Shown here one piece after another: positions 50,052-58,014 of a stretch of 64,000 nucleotides of DNA. The position numbers were made by a program, and so were the translations under genes. Positions within the stretch are counted from its first letter, which is position 1. Each line of letters opens with the position of its first letter. Below the pieces are notes generated by a model, which was given only the letters and a program-made list of their open reading frames with translations, ran no database searches and was not told where the DNA came from. Where the stretch lies: assembly GCF_054482525.1 (NCBI RefSeq), contig NZ_CM137006.1; one strand, given 5' to 3'.

Positions 50052-50190
50052 ATCTCGTTATCGTTGGCCACATCGCGAGCTTCTTTGCTGACGAAAGCCC
50101 ACTTAATACCTTCCTGTAAGGTGCGGAACTTCCAGCTCATGAATCCGCATGCAGTAACGCAGTACCAACCGTTGATGATTTTCCACTGCA
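50041..50190 (-). CDS. Small protein, possibly CIII-like
   Basis: 49-aa ORF MQWKIINGWYCVTACGF… with GAGG RBS; weak resemblance to lambda CIII N-terminus (MQYAIAGWPVAGC); not in ORF track (under 60 aa). Confidence 0.35.
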
Positions 50191-50297
50191 TAACTTGTTA
50201 CCTCGGTTTGTTACCGTTGAGGTAATGATTATGCGTATTTGGTTTGGTGTCAATAGATATGAGTTAAAAAAATTACCCACAAGGTAATCTTGCTGGC

Positions 50298-50325
50298 AAT
50301 AAAAAAGCCGCCATGAGGCGGCTTA
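50298..50325 (-). terminator. Rho-independent terminator after repressor gene
   Basis: On minus strand: aagccgcctcatggcggctt hairpin followed by ttttttatt. Confidence 0.65.
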
Positions 50326-50344
50326 CTTGCTGAAAACTATAGTT

Positions 50345-50929
50345 TTATTGTTTGCTTTTTTCGTTCTGGTTGATGACAAATTCAATGTAACTTTCGATCT
50401 TTGCTTTCTCGGTTTCGGGTAACAATGCGTAGCGCGAGCGGTCATAGTTGATAGTCGCAGGGTCGTGCGGGTGAATCAGTAATTCATAGCCGTGACGCCC
50501 GAATGCGGATGCAACATTCTCCAGGGTGGAAATGGAAACGCTGACCTCATTGTTTAACAGGCGGCTGATTGTCACCTGGGCGACGCCGGATGCGCGGTGA
50601 AGTTTTCCCTGTGTTGAAAGGTCGCGGCTTTCGCTCATCCAGCGTTCCAGGTTGTGAGCCGCCAGCTGACCAATGTCGCTTGGGCCGACAGGCTGAAAAC
50701 CTTCCTGAGAAAGCGAGCGATCGATATCAAGCCAGTTACGGGGTTTATTGGCGGCAGCTTCAATTTTTCGCGCAACCTGGTCGCCGATAACCTTCTTACC
50801 AAGAGCCCAGCGGTTTACCAGATTTGCCTGAGTTCCAAGTTTTTCTGCCATCCGCGTCTGAACACCATTGAATTCACGGTCGATCAAGTCGTTGAGATTT
50901 TGCCTGCGGACGTCCTGGATACTTTTCAT
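50345..50929 (-). CDS. CI-like prophage repressor with two HTH segments, no S24 peptidase domain
   Basis: 194 aa; HTH-like segments (TRMAEKLGTQANLVNRW and GVAQVTISRLLNNE); divergent from Cro-like gene; no Ala-Gly/Ser-Lys autocleavage motifs seen. Confidence 0.7.
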   Translation of the reverse strand: MKSIQDVRRQNLNDLIDREFNGVQTRMAEKLGTQANLVNRWALGKKVIGDQVARKIEAAANKPRNWLDIDRSLSQEGFQPVGPSDIGQLAAHNLERWMSESRDLSTQGKLHRASGVAQVTISRLLNNEVSVSISTLENVASAFGRHGYELLIHPHDPATINYDRSRYALLPETEKAKIESYIEFVINQNEKSKQ

Positions 50930-51083
50930 TTTCTGGAAAATCGCCTCATATATGAATCAGTAGATGATTCAATTTAAAGCAATATTACCCAACAGGTAAA
51001 TGCACCCCATAGGTAACTATCCTTGATTTTTGTTACCTTATGGGTGAATATTTATTATCTGAAATAAATATCAGGCAATAGCT
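50930..51083. promoter_or_regulatory. Immunity-region divergent promoter/operator (PRM/PR equivalent)
   Basis: Contains TTACCCAACAGGTAA (50985-50999) and near-copy TTACCTTATGGGTGA (51033-51047). Confidence 0.7.
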
Positions 51084-51314
51084 ATGAGCGATAACGGACA
51101 TTTCGATTTCAAAAAGCACTGGCTTGCACTTACTCCGGATGAGCGTGAAGCCTTCGCACAGGAAGCCGGAACGACGAGTCACTATATACAGACTCACTTA
51201 ACAGGTAAGCGCAAAATGCCAGGTAAGGTATTGATGAATGGGCTTTTTAAAGCCTGTAAAACAAGACAATGGCTGCGCTCAAAAGCAGAACTGGCATACT
51301 TCTTCTACTCATGA
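51084..51314 (+). CDS. Cro/CII-like HTH regulator
   Basis: 76-aa ORF divergent from repressor, followed by terminator. Confidence 0.55.
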   Translation: MSDNGHFDFKKHWLALTPDEREAFAQEAGTTSHYIQTHLTGKRKMPGKVLMNGLFKACKTRQWLRSKAELAYFFYS

Positions 51315-51336
51315 TATCCAGCCACAACCCTCTGTA

Positions 51337-51360
51337 GACCGCCACCCGGCGGTCTTTTCA
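51337..51360 (+). terminator. Rho-independent terminator (tR1-like) after cro-like gene
   Basis: gaccgccacccggcggtc hairpin followed by ttttca. Confidence 0.6.
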
Positions 51361-51462
51361 TATCTATTCGTACCTCAAAGGTAATAAAAAACCAAATCTG
51401 GTTGATCAAATTTTCCAATTGTGCAAAATAGCCAATATCAATAACAAAAAGGGGCGGAAAAA

Positions 51463-51675
51463 TTGAAGATAGTAACCAGAATGGAGGCCGCAAAAGCCGG
51501 GTTAAATCGCTATTTCACAGGAAAGCGGTGCCGTCACGGCCATCTCTCTGAAAGGTATGTTCTGAACGGAACATGTGTTGAATGTGCAATGAATAGCGCC
51601 AACCGCCATCGTAATGAATTTGCTTGTGCACTAAAGAGTGCAAGAGGGGAAACCTATGGCAAGCAGCTGGATTAA
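51463..51675 (+). CDS. Small Cys/His-rich (zinc-binding?) phage protein
   Basis: 70 aa; C-x-H-G-H…C-x2-C pattern; 3' end overlaps O-like gene. Confidence 0.45.
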   Translation: MKIVTRMEAAKAGLNRYFTGKRCRHGHLSERYVLNGTCVECAMNSANRHRNEFACALKSARGETYGKQLD

Positions 51676-52486
51676 GGTTGAAGTTATCACTCCTGATAAA
51701 CCTGAAATTTTTCAGATAGCAGAAATTCTGGGTATTGATCCAGATGCTGTTCTTGGAAAGCTGGTTCGTATATGGGCATGGGCTGACCAGCAAACAATAG
51801 ACGGTAACGCTGGCAGCGTTACAAAAGGAGTACTTGATAGACTCGCTTTTATTACAGGATTTGCTGACGCCCTCATTAGCGTCGGATGGCTTGCTTATCA
51901 TGACGGCAAACTAATTCTTCCAAACTTTGAGCGACACAATGGAGAATCATCGAAAAAACGTGCACTTACGAATAGAAGAGTGGCAGAGCATCGAAAACGA
52001 GTAACGCAAAAAGTAACGCCAACAGCGTTACAAAAGGAGTTACCAGAGGAAGAGGAAGAGGAAGATATATATAAAACCCCACACATAGCGCACGTGCGCG
52101 AGGGTGCTCCGACCAGTGAAGCGAACAGTACGCCGTTGCAGGTGGCAGAACCTGAATTTCTGGATGGCCTGAGTGAACCCATCGGGAAATTTCCGATGAC
52201 AGATGGCTGGCTACCGTCGCCAGATTTTCGGCGGCGTGCTGCGCTGTGGGGAACGGCCCTGCCGGAACCGGAATTTACACCTGCTGAACTTGCTGCATTC
52301 CGGGATTACTGGATGGCTGAGGGCAAAGTGTTCACGCAGGTTCAGTGGGAACAAAAATTCGCCAGGCACGTAAATCATATCAGGGGAAAATCAAAAAATG
52401 CCGGGAAAAGCGATGAGCTTGACTGGAATAACACTGACTGGATAGAAGGGGTGTGGGATGAAATCAACTCCAGAACTTCTCAATGA
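51656..52486 (+). CDS. Replication initiator (O-like) with DnaT-like C-terminal domain
   Basis: ORF 51638..52486 (start at MASSWIKVEV assumed); internal iterons; acidic EEEEEED linker; followed by P-like gene. Confidence 0.7.
   Translation: MASSWIKVEVITPDKPEIFQIAEILGIDPDAVLGKLVRIWAWADQQTIDGNAGSVTKGVLDRLAFITGFADALISVGWLAYHDGKLILPNFERHNGESSKKRALTNRRVAEHRKRVTQKVTPTALQKELPEEEEEEDIYKTPHIAHVREGAPTSEANSTPLQVAEPEFLDGLSEPIGKFPMTDGWLPSPDFRRRAALWGTALPEPEFTPAELAAFRDYWMAEGKVFTQVQWEQKFARHVNHIRGKSKNAGKSDELDWNNTDWIEGVWDEINSRTSQ
51800..52080. promoter_or_regulatory. Putative phage replication origin (iterons + AT-rich segment inside O-like gene)
   Basis: Repeated GTAACGC/GCGTTAC motifs; 17-bp exact repeat agcgttacaaaaggagt at ~51813 and ~52024; then gaagaggaagaggaagatatatataaaa. 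Confidence 0.55.
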
Positions 52487-53234
52487 GTACGATCGCTTAC
52501 GTGAGCATGGTGTTGCTGTGCATGAAGAGCGGCGTGACAGCAATGGCAAAAAGGAGCAGGTTGCTAGAATTTTCAATGAACTATTTGTCCAGTTACAGGC
52601 TGCATTTCCTGCAAGCGTTTCGACCATAAGGGAGCAGAACAAACTTAATGAATTCCGTAAGCAATGGATGCTTGCGTTTCTGGAGAATGGGATCACTACA
52701 ATGGAACAGGTTAACGCTGGTATGCGCCACGCCCGCGCCAGTGAATCTCCGTTCTGGCCGTCGCCAGGGCAATTCATCAAGTGGTGCAAAGACAGCAAGA
52801 TGGTTCTTGGCGTCACCATTGACGATGTGATGGCGGAGTTTCACCGGTACAGCAAGGAAAAAAGTTTATATCCTGGTGGTCCCGAAAGATTCCCGTGGCG
52901 ACATCCGGTTATGTACTGGGTCGTATGTGATACCCGCCGTGCAATGTATCAGCGCCAGCTTAGCGAGATTGAGGTTGAGAAACACGCGCGCAGGCTGCTC
53001 GATGATTGGGCGAAAAAGGTGGCTTCCGGACAGCAGATACCCGATCCGGTGATCAGCATACAGGCAAAGCCAGAACCCATGAGTACGCCTCCTGACACTG
53101 GGAGAGACGTTTACCATCCACCAGGGCGAAGTTTCGGGTGCATGCCTAACGCCGCCACCCTGGGGGGAATAACACCGGCGCAGTGGCTGATAGAGGAATA
53201 CAGGCGGGGAAAGGCGGCAGGATTTATCAAGTAA
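52458..53234 (+). CDS. Replication protein P-like helicase loader
   Basis: 258 aa; strong similarity to lambda P as I recall it (…FPASV…REQNKLNEFRKQWMLAFLENGITTMEQVNAGMR…). Confidence 0.85.
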   Translation: MKSTPELLNEYDRLREHGVAVHEERRDSNGKKEQVARIFNELFVQLQAAFPASVSTIREQNKLNEFRKQWMLAFLENGITTMEQVNAGMRHARASESPFWPSPGQFIKWCKDSKMVLGVTIDDVMAEFHRYSKEKSLYPGGPERFPWRHPVMYWVVCDTRRAMYQRQLSEIEVEKHARRLLDDWAKKVASGQQIPDPVISIQAKPEPMSTPPDTGRDVYHPPGRSFGCMPNAATLGGITPAQWLIEEYRRGKAAGFIK

Positions 53235-53351
53235 TACCAGCGCGATAGCGCATTTTTTTACGCCTACATGATTACCTGTTGGGTAATAAAATGTTCTAAT
53301 CTCTATTGATTTCATGTCTTATGTGGTTTTTAATTACCTAAGGGGTAAATC

Positions 53352-53696
53352 ATGAGAAAACAGATACAGGCTCTTGGTCGACTCAAAACAGGCCAAATGA
53401 ACAAAACAGAATCTGCGTATTGCCAGCACCTTGAGCTGCGTAAACGTGCAGGAGAAATCGTCTGGTATCGATTTGAGGGTATCAAGCTGCGGTTAGCTGA
53501 CAACACGTTCTATACGCCCGATTTTGCTGTGATGCTCGCCACCGGCGAGATGGAACTGCACGAAGTGAAAGGTTTCTGGACCGACGACGCCAGGGTGAAA
53601 ACCAAAGTCGCCGCAGATCAGTATCCGTTCCGAATCATCGGGGTAACGGTTAAACCAAAGAAAGCAGGTGGTGGCTGGAACATCGAAGAGTTCTGA
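53352..53696 (+). CDS. Small PD-(D/E)XK-motif protein (DUF1064-like)
   Basis: 114 aa; YTPDF … ELHEVKG resembles PD…(D/E)xK. Confidence 0.5.
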   Translation: MRKQIQALGRLKTGQMNKTESAYCQHLELRKRAGEIVWYRFEGIKLRLADNTFYTPDFAVMLATGEMELHEVKGFWTDDARVKTKVAADQYPFRIIGVTVKPKKAGGGWNIEEF

Positions 53697-53757
53697 AGCG
53701 ACGATCTTTTTAGTTATCAATGTAATCAATAAGTTATGTGGATAAGCGAGGGTAAAG

Positions 53758-54276
53758 ATGGAAAGTAATATCAAAGGGTTAGTTGCCGCCGGGCATGAGA
53801 TGGCTTCGGAACTGAAAGCAGAATGTGGTGCCGTTGATATGCGCAGTGTGGCAAAGCTGATCAGCGATTTGGCAACGCAACTGGAAGTGCAACTGGTGCG
53901 TGCTAATGCGCTGGCGGCGGAGAATGAGCTGGCTCGTAAGGCAGTTCAGGCATTCTGCGATGTTGTTGGCGACAACACCGAGGTTATCGCTGAGGTGGTT
54001 GGGCGAGATGGCGTTCTGGTTATTTTGGAGGCCATGAAGGCAACAGGAAATATGCCAGCCACCGATGCTTTCCTGGCTGAAGTGCGGGCGCAGGGCGTGG
54101 ATGCTGCTATAGAAGCTGCAAAAAATCTGGTGGCCCAAGAATATGAGTATAAGGATTTCAAAGCGGCGCAGAGTGATTGCTGTATGCACCCTGGTTCAGA
54201 TCTGGTAGGGAAGGTTGAAATGACTGAGTGGTTAGTTGACTTTGCTGCCCAGCTTCGCAAAGGAGGCAACCAGTGA
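53758..54276 (+). CDS. ead/Ea22-like phage protein
   Basis: 172-aa acidic coiled-coil-like ORF in nin-like region. Confidence 0.45.
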   Translation: MESNIKGLVAAGHEMASELKAECGAVDMRSVAKLISDLATQLEVQLVRANALAAENELARKAVQAFCDVVGDNTEVIAEVVGRDGVLVILEAMKATGNMPATDAFLAEVRAQGVDAAIEAAKNLVAQEYEYKDFKAAQSDCCMHPGSDLVGKVEMTEWLVDFAAQLRKGGNQ

Positions 54277-54761
54277 GCGAAATTAATTACCAGGCACTGC
54301 GTGAGGCGGCGGAACGTGCAATTCCAGCAATGGAACGCCTGTTAATGTTGCCAGCTGATGATGATTTGTTAAGTGAACAGGAACTTAAAGATTACGGTGT
54401 GGATATTGATGCGCTCAACGCCTTCAAATTTCTGGCCGGACCAGAAACCGTGCTGGCACTACTGGATGAACGGGAAAGGAACCAGCAATACATCAAATCC
54501 CGCGACCAGGAGAACGAGGATATTGCGCTAACGGTAGGGAAGTTGCGCGTTGAGCTTGAGGCAGAAAAACAGCGGGCAAAGGATCTGTTTATGGAAAATG
54601 CTCGGCTTAAGTCAGGTATAGCCGGTCTGATACACCTCGGTATTCGATATGCAGATGTTGATGTCATGAAAATTGCTGGAGATGCCCAGCTTTCTACCCC
54701 ATGCACTGACAGCATCATAAACAGCATTGCAACAGGCATTCGCATCAACGGAGGTGAGTAG
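54273..54761 (+). CDS. ead/Ea22-like phage protein
   Basis: 162 aa; MSEINYQALREAAE… N-terminus typical of Ea22-like proteins; overlaps previous gene stop. Confidence 0.5.
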   Translation: MSEINYQALREAAERAIPAMERLLMLPADDDLLSEQELKDYGVDIDALNAFKFLAGPETVLALLDERERNQQYIKSRDQENEDIALTVGKLRVELEAEKQRAKDLFMENARLKSGIAGLIHLGIRYADVDVMKIAGDAQLSTPCTDSIINSIATGIRINGGE

Positions 54762-54841
54762 TGCGTGTGGCATGTATTGGCTTGTTACCGTACCCGACTC
54801 GTTTTTGGGCTTCTGCGCTAATTGCAAAGCCACAGGTCCTG

Positions 54842-54937
54842 ATGGCTGACAACATCACCCCAGCACCAAAGCGCCGCCATACCGGTATTGCAGCGGCACG
54901 ACGAGCAGCAAAGAGACGCAGGAGAGCAAAGCGATGA
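54842..54937 (+). CDS. Arg-rich micro-ORF (A)
   Basis: MADNITPAPKRRHTGIAAARRAAKRRRRAKR; its TGA overlaps the next ATG (ATGA); start could be GTG at 54761. Confidence 0.35.
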   Translation: MADNITPAPKRRHTGIAAARRAAKRRRRAKR

Positions 54938-55110
54938 AAAACCGTAAGGCAAAACGACTTTTTTTACAGCGACCTGTGCGTGTGGTGGAGCTGGTTATTA
55001 GCAACCATAAGATAGCGGTACTCCATCCATTTGGTCAGGTGGCTTTTGCCGCAAAGCGTAAGCCTACTGCGTCACAGAACAGGCGGAAGAAAGGGTACGC
55101 AGTAAGATGA
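54934..55110 (+). CDS. Basic micro-protein (B), paralogous N-terminus MKNRKAK
   Basis: 58 aa; ATGA-coupled to next ORF. Confidence 0.4.
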   Translation: MKNRKAKRLFLQRPVRVVELVISNHKIAVLHPFGQVAFAAKRKPTASQNRRKKGYAVR

Positions 55111-55295
55111 AAAACCGTAAAGCAAAGATTCTGTTAGTTCGTAGAAACGCTCCTGGCGTCTGGCAGTGGGTGAGACTCAGCAACCGACGGATGGGGTTGA
55201 TGAAATATTACGGGATGATGGATTGTGGTTTTTGCAAAAAGCCCAGCGCGGCGCAAAACCGCTGGAAAAACCATTTGCGCACTAAAGGAGAGTGA
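55107..55295 (+). CDS. Basic micro-protein (C), paralogous N-terminus MKNRKAK, Cys pair
   Basis: 62-aa ORF in track; same MKNRKAK start as ORF B. Confidence 0.5.
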   Translation: MKNRKAKILLVRRNAPGVWQWVRLSNRRMGLMKYYGMMDCGFCKKPSAAQNRWKNHLRTKGE

Positions 55296-55296
55296 T

Positions 55297-55812
55297 ATGG
55301 CGTTAACACACCGCGAACTCTGTCAGATTGCGTACAAGTTCCTTAAGCGCAACGGGTTCAAGGTTTGTTTTCATGACCGCTTTATAGCTGTAACCAGTAC
55401 CGGAGAACAGCCAGATGCTATGGGGTTCAGAAATTCAGCATCATGCCTGATAGAGGCGAAGTGTTCTCGTGCTGATTTGTTGGCAGATAGAAAAAAGCGT
55501 TTTCGTAAAAATCCGTCTCTTGGAATGGGCGACTGGCGATTCTTTATTAGTGAGCCGGGAATTATTTCAATTGAGGATTTACCACCTGGCTGGGGATTAC
55601 TTCACGTTGTTAACGGAAGAGTACGGAAAGTACATGGGTGGCCCAAGGGTAATTGCTGTTGGGGTAACCCTGAAGATAAACCTTTTATTGGGAATAAGCA
55701 GGTTGAATGCGATTACATGTTATCTGCATTAAGGCGCATGGAGTTGAGAGGGCACCTTAATGAAATATATGACGGTGTAATTGTTAATAAGAAAGAAGGA
55801 AACGCGGCATGA
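55297..55812 (+). CDS. Hypothetical protein with PD-(D/E)XK-like motif
   Basis: ORF 55225..55812, start at MALTHREL assumed (RBS ggag); motif …QPDAMGF…CLIEAKCS…. Confidence 0.5.
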   Translation: MALTHRELCQIAYKFLKRNGFKVCFHDRFIAVTSTGEQPDAMGFRNSASCLIEAKCSRADLLADRKKRFRKNPSLGMGDWRFFISEPGIISIEDLPPGWGLLHVVNGRVRKVHGWPKGNCCWGNPEDKPFIGNKQVECDYMLSALRRMELRGHLNEIYDGVIVNKKEGNAA

Positions 55813-56204
55813 TCACTATTACCAATAAGAAACAGTATCCCAGCGAGCAATATCTTAATGAGCTGATCACCAACATAGAGTTTGCTGCAAGGGCACCAGT
55901 TGAAGTCGTGAGAGCAATGGCAGCAGAGCTACAGAAGCGGCGCGAAGCTGATAGCGCAGAACCAGTTGCTTATATTTTCAAACATCCGGCCGGGAAATTA
56001 TTCTGGGCTTTAACGGATGAAAGTAATAAAGAGCAAGCGGACGTTATTCCTGTTTATGCCGCCCCTCCAGTGCCAGTAGTACCTGAAGAAAAACCAATGC
56101 CTAACCCTCTTAAAATGTACGCGGTCGATGCTGTTGCCGCTATTGCAGAGGTGAGAGGCTGGAATGCCTGCCGCGCCGCCATGCTTCAGGGTAAAGGAGA
56201 GTGA
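55809..56204 (+). CDS. Hypothetical phage protein
   Basis: 131 aa, overlapping start/stop with neighbours. Confidence 0.45.
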   Translation: MITITNKKQYPSEQYLNELITNIEFAARAPVEVVRAMAAELQKRREADSAEPVAYIFKHPAGKLFWALTDESNKEQADVIPVYAAPPVPVVPEEKPMPNPLKMYAVDAVAAIAEVRGWNACRAAMLQGKGE

Positions 56205-56205
56205 T

Positions 56206-56415
56206 ATGGCTATTGCCGCAAGTTACACCATGCATCTCTATTGTGACTGCCGCCAGTGTACGGAAGGTGTATATCCAGTGCCAGACTTCGGTGAGTATAT
56301 CGGTACGTCATGGTCTGGTTGTGCAAAAGAGGCCCGTAAAGACGGGTGGCGAATAAGCGCCGACAAAACACGTGCTTTTGCGCCCGGGCATAAAGTTTTG
56401 AGGATTAACACATGA
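56206..56415 (+). CDS. Hypothetical Cys-rich small phage protein
   Basis: 69 aa from ATG at 56206 (ORF track 56164..56415); CDC…C…C pattern. Confidence 0.4.
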   Translation: MAIAASYTMHLYCDCRQCTEGVYPVPDFGEYIGTSWSGCAKEARKDGWRISADKTRAFAPGHKVLRINT

Positions 56416-57215
56416 CCACTATTACCAAAGAACGTATTGAATTGTTCATTAAAAATCCGCTTGAAAACGGGCTTACTCGTGGCGAACAAATGGAACTGGC
56501 ACGAATTGCACTGGCATCACTGGAACGCGAACAGATTCGCCACGAGCATGCCAAATGGTCTGACTCCACATTTGGCTGCGTTGGCCCCATTGGTCCACTG
56601 AAACACCTCTCAAAAGAGGCACTGGAAGCCGCAGCCGAACCAGACGATCTTAGCGAGTGGGCTGATATGCAGTTTCTGTTGTGGGATGCACAGCGCCGTG
56701 CTGGCATCAGCGATGCTGAAATTAACGTTGCTATGGAAGATAAATTGAAGATCAACATGGAGCGCCAGTGGCCTGAGCCAAAAGATGGTGAGCCTCGCTT
56801 GCACATTAAAGAACCCGGCAACTCTCCGGTAATTCCGGATGGTTTATCCACGGTATGCGCTGAGGCTTATCAGGTTGTAGGAGTTATGGCAGATGCGCTT
56901 GGTGTATTCGGTGATGCAGCAGTACAGAACGTTCTGGATAACCTGTCACAGCAAAAACTTGTTCACAGAGATGTGCTGCCGTTCTCGCTTCCGGCAACTC
57001 CGGATGGTTGGATAAGCTGTAGTGATCTAATGCCGGAAGACACCAAAATGTTACTGGCATTTAGTCAAGGTGAAATCGTGGCAGCATATTGGAACTGGGT
57101 TGTAAATCCAATTGATTACAAAAAATATAGAGCTTTCACGTATTTATCAGGAAATATCTTGGATGACGTAACCCACTGGATGCCGCTACCAGAACCGCCG
57201 CAGGAGGTGAAGTGA
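56412..57215 (+). CDS. DUF550/DUF551-like nin-region protein
   Basis: 267 aa; C-terminal …WISCSDLMPED…HWMPLPEPP typical of DUF551 as I recall it. Confidence 0.5.
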   Translation: MTTITKERIELFIKNPLENGLTRGEQMELARIALASLEREQIRHEHAKWSDSTFGCVGPIGPLKHLSKEALEAAAEPDDLSEWADMQFLLWDAQRRAGISDAEINVAMEDKLKINMERQWPEPKDGEPRLHIKEPGNSPVIPDGLSTVCAEAYQVVGVMADALGVFGDAAVQNVLDNLSQQKLVHRDVLPFSLPATPDGWISCSDLMPEDTKMLLAFSQGEIVAAYWNWVVNPIDYKKYRAFTYLSGNILDDVTHWMPLPEPPQEVK

Positions 57216-57565
57216 TGGACTATTCACAGTTAAGTGATTTTGAAATTAACAGAATGGTAGGAGACATAATTTTTAAAGGCCTTTGGGCGTGTAAACCGGA
57301 AACATCAGGGAATAACACCAACAAATGGTATTACGGAAATACTGATACAACTTTTGAGCCATTAAACCCTTTACCTGACTACTGCAATAATCCATCGGAT
57401 GCATGGCCTATTATTGTTGATAATAAAATCAGTCTAACCTGCCACCAATCTCGCGGTGAGTGGTCAGCTGTTTTTAATGTCGAGAACATTTGCTTTCATG
57501 CGAATAATCCACTCCGAGCCGCCATGATTGTATTTCTCATGATGCAGGAAAATCAGAATGGCTAA
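57212..57565 (+). CDS. NinX-like protein
   Basis: 117 aa; N-terminus MDYSQLSDFEIN resembles NinX/DUF2591 family. Confidence 0.5.
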   Translation: MMDYSQLSDFEINRMVGDIIFKGLWACKPETSGNNTNKWYYGNTDTTFEPLNPLPDYCNNPSDAWPIIVDNKISLTCHQSRGEWSAVFNVENICFHANNPLRAAMIVFLMMQENQNG

Positions 57566-57896
57566 ATCAGCAGCAGAGCGCAAAGCCGCTCAGAGAGCCA
57601 GACAAGCTGCATCTGGTGTGCGTAAGCTGGAGATTGTGCTTGATGCTCAGGAAATTGAAATGCTTGAGCGTAACTGTGCCGCACGTCGCCCCGGGCGTGC
57701 GCCTTACGAATTTGGTGAGTATATAGCGTTACTGATCCGCCAGGATGATGCACGCGTGCGCGGGCGTATAAAATCGATCAGTAGAAAACGTTGCGGTAAG
57801 TGCGGCGAGAGAGTTCCCGTTAATTCATGCCCGTGTAATGGTGACTCGCAATGCTGGGTGACTAAAGGCTGGTATGAAACGAAATTAATAGTGTGA
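57558..57896 (+). CDS. Small basic protein with C-terminal Cys cluster (possible regulator)
   Basis: 112 aa; CGKCGERVPVNSCPCNGDSQC zinc-ribbon-like; last gene before terminator and terminase. Confidence 0.45.
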   Translation: MAKSAAERKAAQRARQAASGVRKLEIVLDAQEIEMLERNCAARRPGRAPYEFGEYIALLIRQDDARVRGRIKSISRKRCGKCGERVPVNSCPCNGDSQCWVTKGWYETKLIV

Positions 57897-57945
57897 CATG
57901 TCACGAGTAGATTATGCATGATGAATTTGACGGGTTTTGAATACT

Positions 57946-57971
57946 GCCGCCAACTATGGCGGCTTTATTTT
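57946..57971 (+). terminator. Rho-independent terminator upstream of terminase small subunit
   Basis: gccgccaactatggcggc hairpin followed by tttatttt. Confidence 0.6.
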
Positions 57972-58014
57972 GCATGGTACTATTACCACAACGGTAACTA
58001 TTACCACGGTGGTT

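Noticed and set aside
57891-57906. TGTGA…TCACA palindrome as a CRP binding site
   Set aside because: Half-site spacing is 4 bp, not the 6 bp of canonical CRP sites; kept only as an unexplained palindrome.
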